64,000 nt of DNA, from the NCBI GenBank assembly GCA_033764965.1, contig JANRIN010000137.1, positions 6,212-70,211 of the forward strand, read 5' to 3'. The notes under the pieces are model-generated. The model was not told where the DNA came from. It did not search any database and saw nothing but the letters and a program-made list of their open reading frames with translations. Position 1 is the first letter of the stretch; each line of letters opens with the position of its first letter. Positions 50,040 through 59,156 of the stretch are shown piece by piece. Made by a program: the position numbers and the translations under genes. The DNA is from Leptolyngbyaceae cyanobacterium bins.302. Lineage in GTDB: Bacteria > Cyanobacteriota > Cyanobacteriia > Leptolyngbyales > Leptolyngbyaceae.

Positions 50040-50215
50040 GGTGGTTCATAGGTGTGTACAAGTCAGTGCCATGTCATGTCCATCGGGGGTCACAAAAAAG
50101 CTCAAGTGCGTTGCAATCATGTCCATGTTGCGATCTACTTGTGTTCCTCCTAAGTACACCCGATGAACATCACAAGTCAGTCAGGTGTTCATCCGGTGTA
50201 CATTGTAAGGACATG
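50040..50215. other. Candidate oriT region
   Basis: Non-coding DNA upstream of mobC-relaxase with a 16-bp inverted repeat GTACACCCGATGAACA...TGTTCATCCGGTGTAC (50154-50201, one mismatch) and repeated ACAAGTCAGT and CATGTCCAT. Confidence 0.5.
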
Positions 50216-50219
50216 AAAT

Positions 50220-50600
50220 TTAATGGTTTGAGGTGGTGCTTGAATGATGCCCTTCCAATTTGTGATAAGCAAGGCAATAGGTTAACTCAGGGCAATCGAG
50301 CCAATTTTTAACCGTGACTGATTTGCGATTCACTCCACCAACTTCATACCAGCTTCCACAAAACTTGACTTGATCGCCAACCTGAACCATCTCCTGATTC
50401 AGCATCCCTCCAGCCGTCACAATCTCCTGCTGCCAGTGGGCGATCGCCGTTTGAGCGTCTTGGAGATCAAGCTGTGCTTTTTGATAATTTGGAGCATCAG
50501 CCAGTAATGCTTGAGCGACTCTGGCTTTCGTCTGTGCTTCCTCTAGCCGATTGCCCATGTATCCGATCGACTGTCGCTTCCCAACTTGCTGGCGGCTATT
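50220..50600 (-). pseudogene. C-terminal fragment of a DUF3560-like plasmid protein
   Basis: Coiled coil plus VGDQVKF.GSWYEV..VNRKSVTV SH3-like end; similarity is cut at the edge of the AT-rich island. Confidence 0.45.
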
Positions 50601-50650
50601 CTTTGCTAAATCGATAAATATAAAGCCTTTTAAGTAGCTACTAGTTTATA

Positions 50651-51544
50651 TCATCGTAATTCATAAGTTTTAGCATCAGTTGAACATCTTAAATCCTCAC
50701 TTTTCATTGTCCAATACAGCATTTTCTTCTCTTGATTAAAACTCACATCTCCCTTACATACCCAGATATCTTTACTTATCAAATTACTATTTTGATCCTT
50801 AAAGTAACCATTAATATCTTTTTCTCCATCGGTACAATCAACTTTAGGAAAATGCATTCTCCCTACTGTAAAAACCTTTCTGTTTGAGCTAAGGTTGGAG
50901 TACTCTATTACAGCACTGTTTGTATCGCAAATCTTATTAAGATTAAAGCTTCTAAAGTATGATGGCTTTTCCGACGAGATTATGGAGAAATCCAATTCCT
51001 CCTTGCCAATTCTTTCAAAACTTTGACTACCTTTAGGAGCTTCTAAACTAAACTGAGATTTTAGGTTGTTTACTTTTCCAGCAAGATGTACCGATGCCAA
51101 GACAGCAGCCAACAGAGTACCAGCTAATGTACCAATTACTCGATAAGCTACTTTTCTTGTCTCTTGCAAAGAATACTGAAGATTCTCATTTTCATTATTA
51201 AGATTTTCAGAATATTTCTGAATCTGCTTATTATCCGCCTCTAACTTGGAGTTCTCATTGTCTAGCCATAGACAAGTGGAATTCAAGTCTTCAACCTTGA
51301 GTTCAAGAATTTTAGTAGTTTCTTGCAATTCTTGTTTAGCATCCTCTAGCTCAAAATTCTTGATTTTTAATCGCAAGTATTCTCTCTTACTTCTATACTC
51401 ATCAATTTCTTTCCTTCTATGATATTTATCAACTGAACTATTACACAGAACTTCTTTCTCAGCCTCATAAAGTTTATCCTGCATCTGAGCAAGTTCTTCT
51501 TCCCATTTACTAACTTGAAACCTATCAATTTGGATCATTTCCAA
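50651..51544 (-). CDS. Coiled-coil membrane protein with EAD-like N-terminus
   Basis: Helical hairpin and long coiled coil, one TM (VIGTLAGTLLAAVLASV), Cys-containing external domain; AT-rich DNA. Confidence 0.65.
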   Translation of the reverse strand: MEMIQIDRFQVSKWEEELAQMQDKLYEAEKEVLCNSSVDKYHRRKEIDEYRSKREYLRLKIKNFELEDAKQELQETTKILELKVEDLNSTCLWLDNENSKLEADNKQIQKYSENLNNENENLQYSLQETRKVAYRVIGTLAGTLLAAVLASVHLAGKVNNLKSQFSLEAPKGSQSFERIGKEELDFSIISSEKPSYFRSFNLNKICDTNSAVIEYSNLSSNRKVFTVGRMHFPKVDCTDGEKDINGYFKDQNSNLISKDIWVCKGDVSFNQEKKMLYWTMKSEDLRCSTDAKTYELR

Positions 51545-52041
51545 AGATTCTTAAGTGATGTGTGAAGTTGCTTCCCAGCCCTAACAAGAAAATCTTTTGT
51601 TTCTATCTCAAATTCGTAACTCACGATTCCAGGAAGGAGTGGAACTGTGAATTTCAGTTTTGCCGCTGGTGCTATATTTGGGGAATCCAGTTTTTGATTC
51701 AAATATACTATTTGCCCCTCTAAATCAGGGTACTGCCTAACAGTTTGAGAGCCTTGAAGCCTTTCGGCAATCGAACGAACTTGCGCTAAGACAAAGCCAA
51801 CTTCAGTGTCCGGAATTACTATAGCTTCTAAGTTTTGGCTAAGAATTTCAATATATTCAGCTTGGAATTTAAGAATATCTGGAATTAATTCCCGCTTAAG
51901 ACGCTGTTTAAGCTCAAACTGATTGGGAGAACTCGACGTAATTTGGAGTTCCTTCTCAAAGGTAGCAAGCTTCTCGTATCCAATTTCTAAAAGCTCCTCT
52001 AAATGATTGAGCCGTTGCTTATCAAGATCCCTAAGACTCAT
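51535..52041 (-). CDS. Hypothetical protein with effector-associated-domain-like helical hairpin
   Basis: QRLNHLEELLEIGYEKLATFEKEL....NQFELKQRLKRELIPDI and KLKFTVPLLPGIVSYE patterns; overlaps the next gene. Confidence 0.65.
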   Translation of the reverse strand: MSLRDLDKQRLNHLEELLEIGYEKLATFEKELQITSSSPNQFELKQRLKRELIPDILKFQAEYIEILSQNLEAIVIPDTEVGFVLAQVRSIAERLQGSQTVRQYPDLEGQIVYLNQKLDSPNIAPAAKLKFTVPLLPGIVSYEFEIETKDFLVRAGKQLHTSLKNLWK

Positions 52042-52157
52042 TTAGCAATATCCTCCCCATTGTGACTGTAGGTGTTGAACTTATCAAATCCGAAGAACGA
52101 TTTTCCTTGACAGCTAGCTTAACAACGGCATGGATGCTTGGCAACATTGTCATCGGT

Positions 52158-52469
52158 TCATTGTTTAGTGAGCCAATAACTTCCTAACCTAGAAAGTTGT
52201 TGCCTACCATCCCTAGTTCGAGTGACAAAGTACGGCAGGGTGTGGCTGGCAGATAGACCGCTGGGTGGAATGGCATCGAGGCAGGTCGTGAGCATTGCCA
52301 ATCCTCGATCAAAGCCAGCATCCCCAACTGTTAGAAAAGCAGTTTGCGGAATGTCGGCTGTAATATTGCCCGTTTCCAGGGTAGTGCGCCAGAGGGCGTA
52401 TCTGCCTTGATACTCGTGGTCAAGCGTGATCAGGTCTGGGAGTAGCCAGCCGGGATGGAGTTCTGCCAT
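52158..52469 (-). CDS. Hypothetical protein
   Basis: 103-aa ATG ORF preceded by a variant of the shared motif. Confidence 0.55.
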   Translation of the reverse strand: MAELHPGWLLPDLITLDHEYQGRYALWRTTLETGNITADIPQTAFLTVGDAGFDRGLAMLTTCLDAIPPSGLSASHTLPYFVTRTRDGRQQLSRLGSYWLTKQ

Positions 52470-52554
52470 CGGAGGTGAGTGCGAAACGTCCGGGCAGTGA
52501 CAACGGTAGTTGAGTCTCTACTGATCGGCAGAGCAAAAATCACCGAGTCAGCAG

Positions 52555-53199
52555 GTGTGCATTTTCAAAGGGAGCTTTATGGTGCAAGGAAGGTACACGG
52601 GATGTACTGAGCCAGGAATTAAGAGAGAAGGAATGGGTTCGGCAAGGATGAGCAAATCTGCAAACGATACGGGTGGAAGCAACCCACATGGCTACCGCTT
52701 TCTGGTACGTCCTCTGCCAGAGTTTGAGTGGATTACAGAGTACCTCAAGCATCGACCAGAGTTCCGCTGTATGAGTGATGGTGTGGAGGCAGCATTGCGG
52801 TCTTGCTACCTGTGGCGATCGCTCCTTTGGCGAACTCAAACTCAACCTGAGCCAGCGATGCGCGATCAATTAGAGCAAGAGTTGATTCGTGCCTACTACG
52901 GGTATCTGGGCGATCTGGCATTAATTGAGCGGGAGATGCAGAGGTTGGGCTTGCATGTTCCAGCACGGGTGAGGGATACCGCGTTGCCTGCCTCTCCTGA
53001 AGGTCGATCGATGACCGATCGTTCTGCCGATTCTGAGCCAATCGCTACTGAGGCGCGATCGCAAGACAGGAAAACGGCGATCGCGCAACAACCATTGATC
53101 GATCAGGGTTTACTATCTCAGTTTGGATCATTGGGCATCGGAGTGAACTTAATGCATTCCGATGAAACCAGGGAGGAAGATAAGGATGTAAGGGAATAA
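52555..53199 (+). CDS. Hypothetical protein
   Basis: Longest ORF in the interval; start uncertain (ATG alternatives near 52632/52648). Confidence 0.5.
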   Translation: MCIFKGSFMVQGRYTGCTEPGIKREGMGSARMSKSANDTGGSNPHGYRFLVRPLPEFEWITEYLKHRPEFRCMSDGVEAALRSCYLWRSLLWRTQTQPEPAMRDQLEQELIRAYYGYLGDLALIEREMQRLGLHVPARVRDTALPASPEGRSMTDRSADSEPIATEARSQDRKTAIAQQPLIDQGLLSQFGSLGIGVNLMHSDETREEDKDVRE

Positions 53200-53241
53200 T
53201 CTGCCTGTTTTCACTGGCTTTTGAAGGCGTGGGTGGGAGGG

Positions 53242-53274
53242 AAAAAACTCAACCAGCTTCATGCCAGTTGAGTT
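53242..53274 (-). terminator. Probable intrinsic terminator
   Basis: AACTCAAC-N13-GTTGAGTT stem with a minus-strand T tract, between convergent genes. Confidence 0.5.
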
Positions 53275-53304
53275 GCCCTGTGGGGTTACAGGGCAGTTAA
53301 TGCA

Positions 53305-53682
53305 TCAGGCGACTTCAAAGTCGTAGTCGTCATCGGCTTGACGCTGATTCCGAGCTACGGCGGCTTTGTATGCCTTTTGCCGTTTGTAGAAATTTGCCAG
53401 TTGCTTCTGGCGTTCGGCTCTAACCGCTTCAACAGTGGTGAAGCCGAATTTCTCTGCTTCTGCCATCAGTTTATCCAGAGTCAGGTTGCCATACTGCCGT
53501 GCAAAGGCTGCCTTGAACTTCTGCCAGTCAAAATCTTTGTCCTGGCTAGATGCTTTGATCTCAAGTGCCCGTCCGGTCAGTTCTTGCAGGGTATTGAAAA
53601 CCATGCGAACTTGGACTTCACCGTTGAGGTGATTTGTGGCAGCATCAATCAGAGAGGGTTTCCGGGCATTGTTACGAGCCAT
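53305..53682 (-). CDS. Hypothetical protein (basic, acidic tail)
   Basis: 125 aa with strong AAGGAGA ribosome-binding site and its own terminator. Confidence 0.7.
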   Translation of the reverse strand: MARNNARKPSLIDAATNHLNGEVQVRMVFNTLQELTGRALEIKASSQDKDFDWQKFKAAFARQYGNLTLDKLMAEAEKFGFTTVEAVRAERQKQLANFYKRQKAYKAAVARNQRQADDDYDFEVA

Positions 53683-54005
53683 GTTAGTCTCCTTGTTCTT
53701 TCAGGGTTACTGGCATCTTCGTAGACGCTCACATAGGATGCTGCGAGTCGCAGCGCGGTTAGGTTACAACCAATTGAATGGTTGTGTCTAACTCACCCCC
53801 AATGCTGCGCTAGCAGCTTGATTAAGACTGGCAAGCCCTTAAAGGATTGCTTTAGATGGTTGATTCTCTCTAGACAACATTCCAGAAATAACCCTGCGCC
53901 ATCATTTTCCTGAGAAGTCTCTAGCTATGTCTTTCATGGTTCCCCATAGACACAGCTAGTCAGCAGCGATAAATATTGCTTCTTTAGATAAAATCATGAT
54001 GAAAA

Positions 54006-54308
54006 CTACACCTCATCATCCTTAAAAAGAGCCTCTATATCCCTGGCTCCGTTCAGGACACGGACAACATCAACCCCATCATTAAGAGGGCTGTAGAAAA
54101 TCAGGTAGTTGCCATAAGGAAAGCTTCGCAGTCCCGATAGTAACTGATCGCGGCGACGACCCATGCCCGGGCTGGCTGCTAGCTTCTCCATTTGCCCATA
54201 GAGCTTGCTGATAAACAAGATCGCACGGTCAAGGCTGTCCTCGGCGATGTAGTCGAAAATATCATCCAGGTCTGCCACTGCCTGCGGTCTAACAACAAGT
54301 CTGCCCAT
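54006..54308 (-). CDS. parE: ParE/RelE family toxin
   Basis: MGRLVVRPQAVADLDDIFDYIA...PGMGRRRD.L..GLRSFP.GNYLIFY...VVRVLNGARDI; ATG at 54308. Confidence 0.9.
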   Translation of the reverse strand: MGRLVVRPQAVADLDDIFDYIAEDSLDRAILFISKLYGQMEKLAASPGMGRRRDQLLSGLRSFPYGNYLIFYSPLNDGVDVVRVLNGARDIEALFKDDEV

Positions 54309-54318
54309 ACTAAAAAAC

Positions 54319-54582
54319 CTAGTTGCTGGCTTTGCTGCGCTGTGCATGGCGTTTTCTTCCACGCTCAACCACATCCTCAATATCGAGGGGCTGAGGTTCC
54401 CCACTATTAATGCCCACCTGTATTTGCTGCCGCAATTCGTTGAGGCGAATTTCCCGTAAGGCATCCTGATCTTTTAGCAGGCGTAACCCTTCACGGATGA
54501 CCTCACTGGCAGAGTGGTATAAACCGCTTGCCACCTTGTCATTGATATACTTCTCCAGTTCTGGCGTTAGTGAAACATTCAC
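54319..54582 (-). CDS. parD: ParD-family antitoxin
   Basis: NVSLTPELEKYINDKVASGLYHSASEVIREGLRLL signature; GTG at 54582. Confidence 0.9.
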   Translation of the reverse strand: MNVSLTPELEKYINDKVASGLYHSASEVIREGLRLLKDQDALREIRLNELRQQIQVGINSGEPQPLDIEDVVERGRKRHAQRSKASN

Positions 54583-54772
54583 GGGTCGTCTCTCCCAGCA
54601 ATTCATCTACTACCGTTGTACTCTCAACAACCAGAAATAGCAATTTTCGTTATTAGACTCACCCCGTAATGCATTTTTGCGTAAGCGACAGGGTCGTTGA
54701 AGGCAATCGATCGCGTTACCAAGATTTGTGCTGATATCGCCCAACATTACCAACCGGACGTAGAGCCAAATG

Positions 54773-55795
54773 CTATTTCGCCAGACTGTCCTGCGGCGGC
54801 TTTACCCAAAGCACACAGAACCCAGATTTCGCCTGTCGAGTCCCCAGTTTCAGCGTCATACCCAACTTCCGCGCCTGTTGTTCACAGGCAAACTGTCCTC
54901 GCCAATCGCGATCCAGCAAATCTTTGTTCCATTGCGTTAAATTCTGAGCCAGCTTGCCCTCTGGGCTGGCTGCCCATTGCAACCGATTCGCTTGCTCCAG
55001 CGTCAGTTGTCGTTTACCCTGCGGATCTAGCCGTGTCGGATCAAGCTGATTCTGCTGTTGCTGCGCGATCGCCCAACCGACACCACCCCCGATCGCGGCG
55101 GCGGCTACTAGCAGCGTTCCCGCCAGAATCGTTGAGGCTGCACTCAACTGGTGCATGAACTGGTCAATCGCCGTCTTGCGGAGTAATGTGTGAACCGAGT
55201 GCGCGATCGCAGTTTGTTGTGCTTTGACGGCGGTTTGCTCGTATTGTTTTAATCCCTCACGATACTGAGCGATCGCCCCATACAGGTCTGCCTGCCACTG
55301 TTCAAACATCGCCTTCAATTCGGCTGGACTATCTTTGAGCAACACTTGCAGTCGTCCCGTCGCTGTCATCAATGTAAAGGCTGGATCATCCGAATCCAGG
55401 TCATACTCACTGATCAACTCCCAGACTTTGGCTTTCACCGATTCTGGTTCTTCCTTCAGCAATCGTGCCAACGCATTATGAGTAGAAGGCGAAACCTGCT
55501 TGCGAGACGCAGTTTTAGCCTCGTGTTGAGCCAAGAGTGGTATGGCAATGGATTGACTTACGCCAGTCGCGATCGTCGAAATCGGTCGAGCGGAGGCGTT
55601 GACAGAAGTATTTTTTGGTGGTTCCTTTGCAGGCGTAATCGTCTCCTCTAACAAGTCTTCGTCGAATTCATCCTCCAGATCCCAGGCATCTAACTCATTC
55701 TCATCCTGCAACAGCATATCCAATCCTTCATCCTCATGATTTCGGGTTGAAGAGTGAGACATTGTGCGAGCTTTAGCATCCATGTTATTTCCCAT
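54773..55795 (-). CDS. Cyanobacterial plasmid membrane protein (DUF6753-like)
   Basis: Acidic N-terminus, DDPAF.LM.ATGRLQVLL.DSP, one TM, LQWA.S.EGKLA..L..WN, C-terminal Cys pair. Confidence 0.6.
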   Translation of the reverse strand: MGNNMDAKARTMSHSSTRNHEDEGLDMLLQDENELDAWDLEDEFDEDLLEETITPAKEPPKNTSVNASARPISTIATGVSQSIAIPLLAQHEAKTASRKQVSPSTHNALARLLKEEPESVKAKVWELISEYDLDSDDPAFTLMTATGRLQVLLKDSPAELKAMFEQWQADLYGAIAQYREGLKQYEQTAVKAQQTAIAHSVHTLLRKTAIDQFMHQLSAASTILAGTLLVAAAAIGGGVGWAIAQQQQNQLDPTRLDPQGKRQLTLEQANRLQWAASPEGKLAQNLTQWNKDLLDRDWRGQFACEQQARKLGMTLKLGTRQAKSGFCVLWVKPPQDSLAK

Positions 55796-55815
55796 TCCAC
55801 TGAAGCAACTAATGA

Positions 55816-56706
55816 CTAATTAGAAGGTTTCACTTGAGCCACTTTTTCAGATGTCTTTTCAAGTCCTTTATTACTGCTGTGACCACTCAGTTTATTAGTC
55901 TTTAGTAATCCCTTCGCCTTTGCCTCATTCACTGTTAACGTAGCACTCCACAATCCTAATCGCTCCAATTCCTGACTCGTTTTCTTGAGAAAGGTGACAA
56001 TCCGTTGTTGCTCTAATCGTTCAAATCCTATGGCTGAATTCGGCATTACGACTTCCAACTCTTTTGGCGACTTCAGTGCCATTGCAAACGACCAACCTGA
56101 CTGATAAAACTTGTTACGCTCGTAGGGCGGAAACTTGGGAAACCGCATCTCTAGGAGCATACCCGCCCCAATAGCAGCCTGAAGCTCTGCATCCGTCTCC
56201 AGCATTTGAGCCTGGTTTTGCCACTGCAAATCGGTTCCCAAAAACTCATTCCTGACTATGACATGCAACATGCGATTGGGATTTCCAGCATAGGTTGCTA
56301 AGGATTGTTTGAGTAGGGTCAGACTTTGCGCGGTGGGGTCACACAAAAACCATTTGATGAAGCGCACGAGTTGTCCGTCTTCCAATGGCATCTCCAGCAA
56401 TGCATCTCGCTCCAACCAGTTTGCAACAAGTTCATGGGCACCACCCGGTAAGTTGACCAGCACTGACTTAGCTTGCTCCACAGACTGCCAGACAGCATCC
56501 AATGCCTGATATTCAATCTCGCTCAGAACGGCGGCGATCGCGTCGGGATAGTGGCGTTTGACGTTGTAAGTCGTGCGATCGACATCAATCAGTTGCACGT
56601 AGTAGCCCTTAACCTCGCAGTAATGCGCCATAGCCAAGGTGAACAGGGATTTGCCCTTACCACCCGCACCGCTATCGACTAGATGAATCGTTGGAGATTG
56701 AGTCAT
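55816..56706 (-). CDS. ParA/MinD-like P-loop protein (MobD-like)
   Basis: IHLVDSGAGGKGKS deviant Walker A, LIDVD, VLVNLPG. Confidence 0.7.
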   Translation of the reverse strand: MTQSPTIHLVDSGAGGKGKSLFTLAMAHYCEVKGYYVQLIDVDRTTYNVKRHYPDAIAAVLSEIEYQALDAVWQSVEQAKSVLVNLPGGAHELVANWLERDALLEMPLEDGQLVRFIKWFLCDPTAQSLTLLKQSLATYAGNPNRMLHVIVRNEFLGTDLQWQNQAQMLETDAELQAAIGAGMLLEMRFPKFPPYERNKFYQSGWSFAMALKSPKELEVVMPNSAIGFERLEQQRIVTFLKKTSQELERLGLWSATLTVNEAKAKGLLKTNKLSGHSSNKGLEKTSEKVAQVKPSN

Positions 56707-56753
56707 GAACGAGTCCTTTGTGTGTTCAAGAAAATGATCACTAAAATTTCGGG

Positions 56754-57875
56754 CTAACCCACTTTTTGGGTTGCCTCCAGTGCTGCCTTCTGTGCCTGAA
56801 ACATCATCCAGACATCAACCAGACGATGCTTCATACTGATCGGGATGTCAGCTTGAGGCACTTCGACCTCGGCATGGAAAGAGCAGGTTTGCCAGCGGAA
56901 ATGGGACAGCAGATGAGAGCGCAACAGATCCGCACTGCCTCCAGCAAAAATCACCTCATCCACTCCCGGCGGCAACACTTCATCGATCCAGGACAGCAGA
57001 GTTTGACTGTAATCCTGGATCGCTTGAGTCGTGACTGCGCCCAAATGCTTGATTTCGTCCGTGCGATCGGGTTCCTGTCGCGCCCGGACAATTGGGACAA
57101 AGGCGGCGAGGCTGTCAGATTGGAGGTACTGCACGATCGCGGCTAGCAGCCGCTCATGGGTCTGCCCACTACTGTGACTCAGAACGTGCTCAACTGCCTG
57201 CACAAAGCCAAGTGTGCAGGTACGAGCCGTTACCAGATTGCCCTGATTAAACACCAGGACACTGGCATTGCGATACCCCAGCATGACCACCGCAGTGGTA
57301 GTGGTCGAGAAGTTGGGCGACCTCTGAGCGTGGGCAAGGACGACTCCACTGCCTTCAACCGCACAGGCAAACGAATCTACCTGCACATGCAACAGTCCGG
57401 TAGGGGTTTCAAACTGATGTAGTGCCTGGGTCAACTTCTGCTGAAATCGATGGCGGTCTTCATATTCCCCTGCGGGTAACAGGCAGGCGAGGGACACTCG
57501 AAAAGTGGCAGGCAGGGCAAGCTGCTGCTCAATGATCCACAAAGTTGCCAGGGTTTTGTACACTGCCCGTTCATACTTCAGTTGCGTCAGTCCGGCATGA
57601 GCATGAAACCGTTGCGCGAAGTTGCCCACTGCCCAATAATCGGCTTCACCCGGTACTCCCACCCAGACCCGATGCTCCGGCGATGATTGCAAGCTACCCA
57701 GAGAGTGAGCCGTTGCCCCAGCGATCGCCGGGGCTGAGACTTGCGCTACCTCCGGTGGCATTGTCAATAGATGCACCGATGAAGTTGGGGCGAAGCGTGC
57801 TTGATAAAACACTTTGGTCGCCGATCCGCCAAAGTCGATCGCGAGCAAAATCGCTTTTGTTCTAGTTCGTGTCAT
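56754..57875 (-). CDS. ParM/StbA-family actin-like segregation ATPase
   Basis: AIDFGGSATK, LLPAGE, VEGSG, MLGYRNAS, FAGGSA actin-fold motifs. Confidence 0.85.
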   Translation of the reverse strand: MTRTRTKAILLAIDFGGSATKVFYQARFAPTSSVHLLTMPPEVAQVSAPAIAGATAHSLGSLQSSPEHRVWVGVPGEADYWAVGNFAQRFHAHAGLTQLKYERAVYKTLATLWIIEQQLALPATFRVSLACLLPAGEYEDRHRFQQKLTQALHQFETPTGLLHVQVDSFACAVEGSGVVLAHAQRSPNFSTTTTAVVMLGYRNASVLVFNQGNLVTARTCTLGFVQAVEHVLSHSSGQTHERLLAAIVQYLQSDSLAAFVPIVRARQEPDRTDEIKHLGAVTTQAIQDYSQTLLSWIDEVLPPGVDEVIFAGGSADLLRSHLLSHFRWQTCSFHAEVEVPQADIPISMKHRLVDVWMMFQAQKAALEATQKVG

Positions 57876-57984
57876 AGACAGAGCAAGGAGATCACAGCTT
57901 TAGCGTAGAGGCTGCGATCACTCCCGTCCTCTGCTGATCTGGCTAAAATCACTCCCCCAATTAGGAGACGTTTGATTAAGCGTT

Positions 57985-58029
57985 AAAAAAACTCCCAATC
58001 GCAAAGGATTAGCTCTGCGACCGGGAGTT
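57985..58029 (-). terminator. Probable intrinsic terminator
   Basis: ACTCCC..TCGCA...TGCGA..GGGAGT interrupted stem followed by a T tract on the minus strand. Confidence 0.55.
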
Positions 58030-58061
58030 GCTGTAAGAAATGGTTAGGCGACTGAAGCAAG

Positions 58062-58691
58062 CTACTCGTCTTCGTCCTCATCGAGGTTAAAGCTGTCGTC
58101 ATCGCTTTCCTCGTCGCCTGTGGCATCGTCACCCTGATTGATTAATTCATCGAGAAGTTCGTCATCTTCGTCTTTGGCAGGGCTGGGCGATCGACGAGTG
58201 CCATTACGTCCTCGTCCGCCATTTCCCGTTTCCAGGCTCATGTCCTCGTCCTCATCGTCATCTGCTGACTGAGCATTGTAGGACTGCAACCGCTCTTTGT
58301 TGAGCCGCAACAAGTCTTTGATGCCTTGCTTGGAATCGGTATCCACTTCAGCCGAGAACTCAGCCGCGATCGCTGCCATTGTCATCACGTCATAAGTTGG
58401 AGCTTCAGCCGTACCAAACAGTTTCTCAAACAGTTTGTTGAGCTTCTGGCGGTCTGCTGACTTACCTGCTTTGCGGATGCCTGCCGCGACTCCCCCAGTG
58501 ATCAGGTTTCGCAGTTCGTAGTAAACCGCCTCTCGCACCCGTTGGCTGCGGGTTTTGAGCGTCACACCATACTTCTGATTCACGACGTTTCGCAATGACC
58601 GCGCCAACTCTTTGGGGTCAGCCGCAGGCTTTTTGGCAGGGGTCGTCGGAGGGGTTGCAGTTCGGGTTGTACCATTGGTTCGAGTTGCCAT
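58062..58691 (-). CDS. Hypothetical protein with basic N-terminus and very acidic tail
   Basis: 209 aa, AGGAGA RBS, D/E-rich C-terminal third; upstream of parM. Confidence 0.7.
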   Translation of the reverse strand: MATRTNGTTRTATPPTTPAKKPAADPKELARSLRNVVNQKYGVTLKTRSQRVREAVYYELRNLITGGVAAGIRKAGKSADRQKLNKLFEKLFGTAEAPTYDVMTMAAIAAEFSAEVDTDSKQGIKDLLRLNKERLQSYNAQSADDDEDEDMSLETGNGGRGRNGTRRSPSPAKDEDDELLDELINQGDDATGDEESDDDSFNLDEDEDE

Positions 58692-58893
58692 TGGGATTAT
58701 CTCCTAATCGATGGGTTACTTGTGCCTGGGTTATTTCAGACACATCACTCCCGCTGCCGCCCGTGGCGGCGAGTTACCCCTTCATCCACTTACTTTTAAT
58801 GCTTTGATTGCCTAAAAACCTTAAACAACGCTGGATGTGCCACGTTCGAGGCAAATTACAATAGCGTCAAGCATAGTAATAATTTTCTTCAAT

Positions 58894-59154
58894 ATGAAAA
58901 CGATCGAGACAACAGTAACTGTCAATCCTGATGGAACGATGACGCTCCAAGTTCCGCCTGACATTGCGCCTGGAAACCATCGTGTTGTACTGGTAATTGA
59001 CGAACATATTGCGTCGATGCCCATCAACCAGACAGAGATTGATGCTGCCCTAATGGAAATGGCAGCTGATTCGGAGTACCAAACTGAGGCGTTACAACTT
59101 GAAGCAGAATTTGCTACCGCCCAGTGGGAAGCCCTACAGCAAACGGAATCGTAG
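58894..59154 (+). CDS. Putative antitoxin
   Basis: MKTIETTVTVNPDGTMTL...IDAALMEMAADSEYQ.EAL; directly upstream of the mazF pseudogene. Confidence 0.65.
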   Translation: MKTIETTVTVNPDGTMTLQVPPDIAPGNHRVVLVIDEHIASMPINQTEIDAALMEMAADSEYQTEALQLEAEFATAQWEALQQTES

Positions 59155-59156
59155 CC

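Noticed and set aside
12342-52697. GCTACCGC copies inside coding regions (about 12342 +, 21293 -, 52690 +) and ACTACCGT at 54609 +
   Set aside because: They are not positioned before credible start codons and lack the second box; consistent with chance occurrence.
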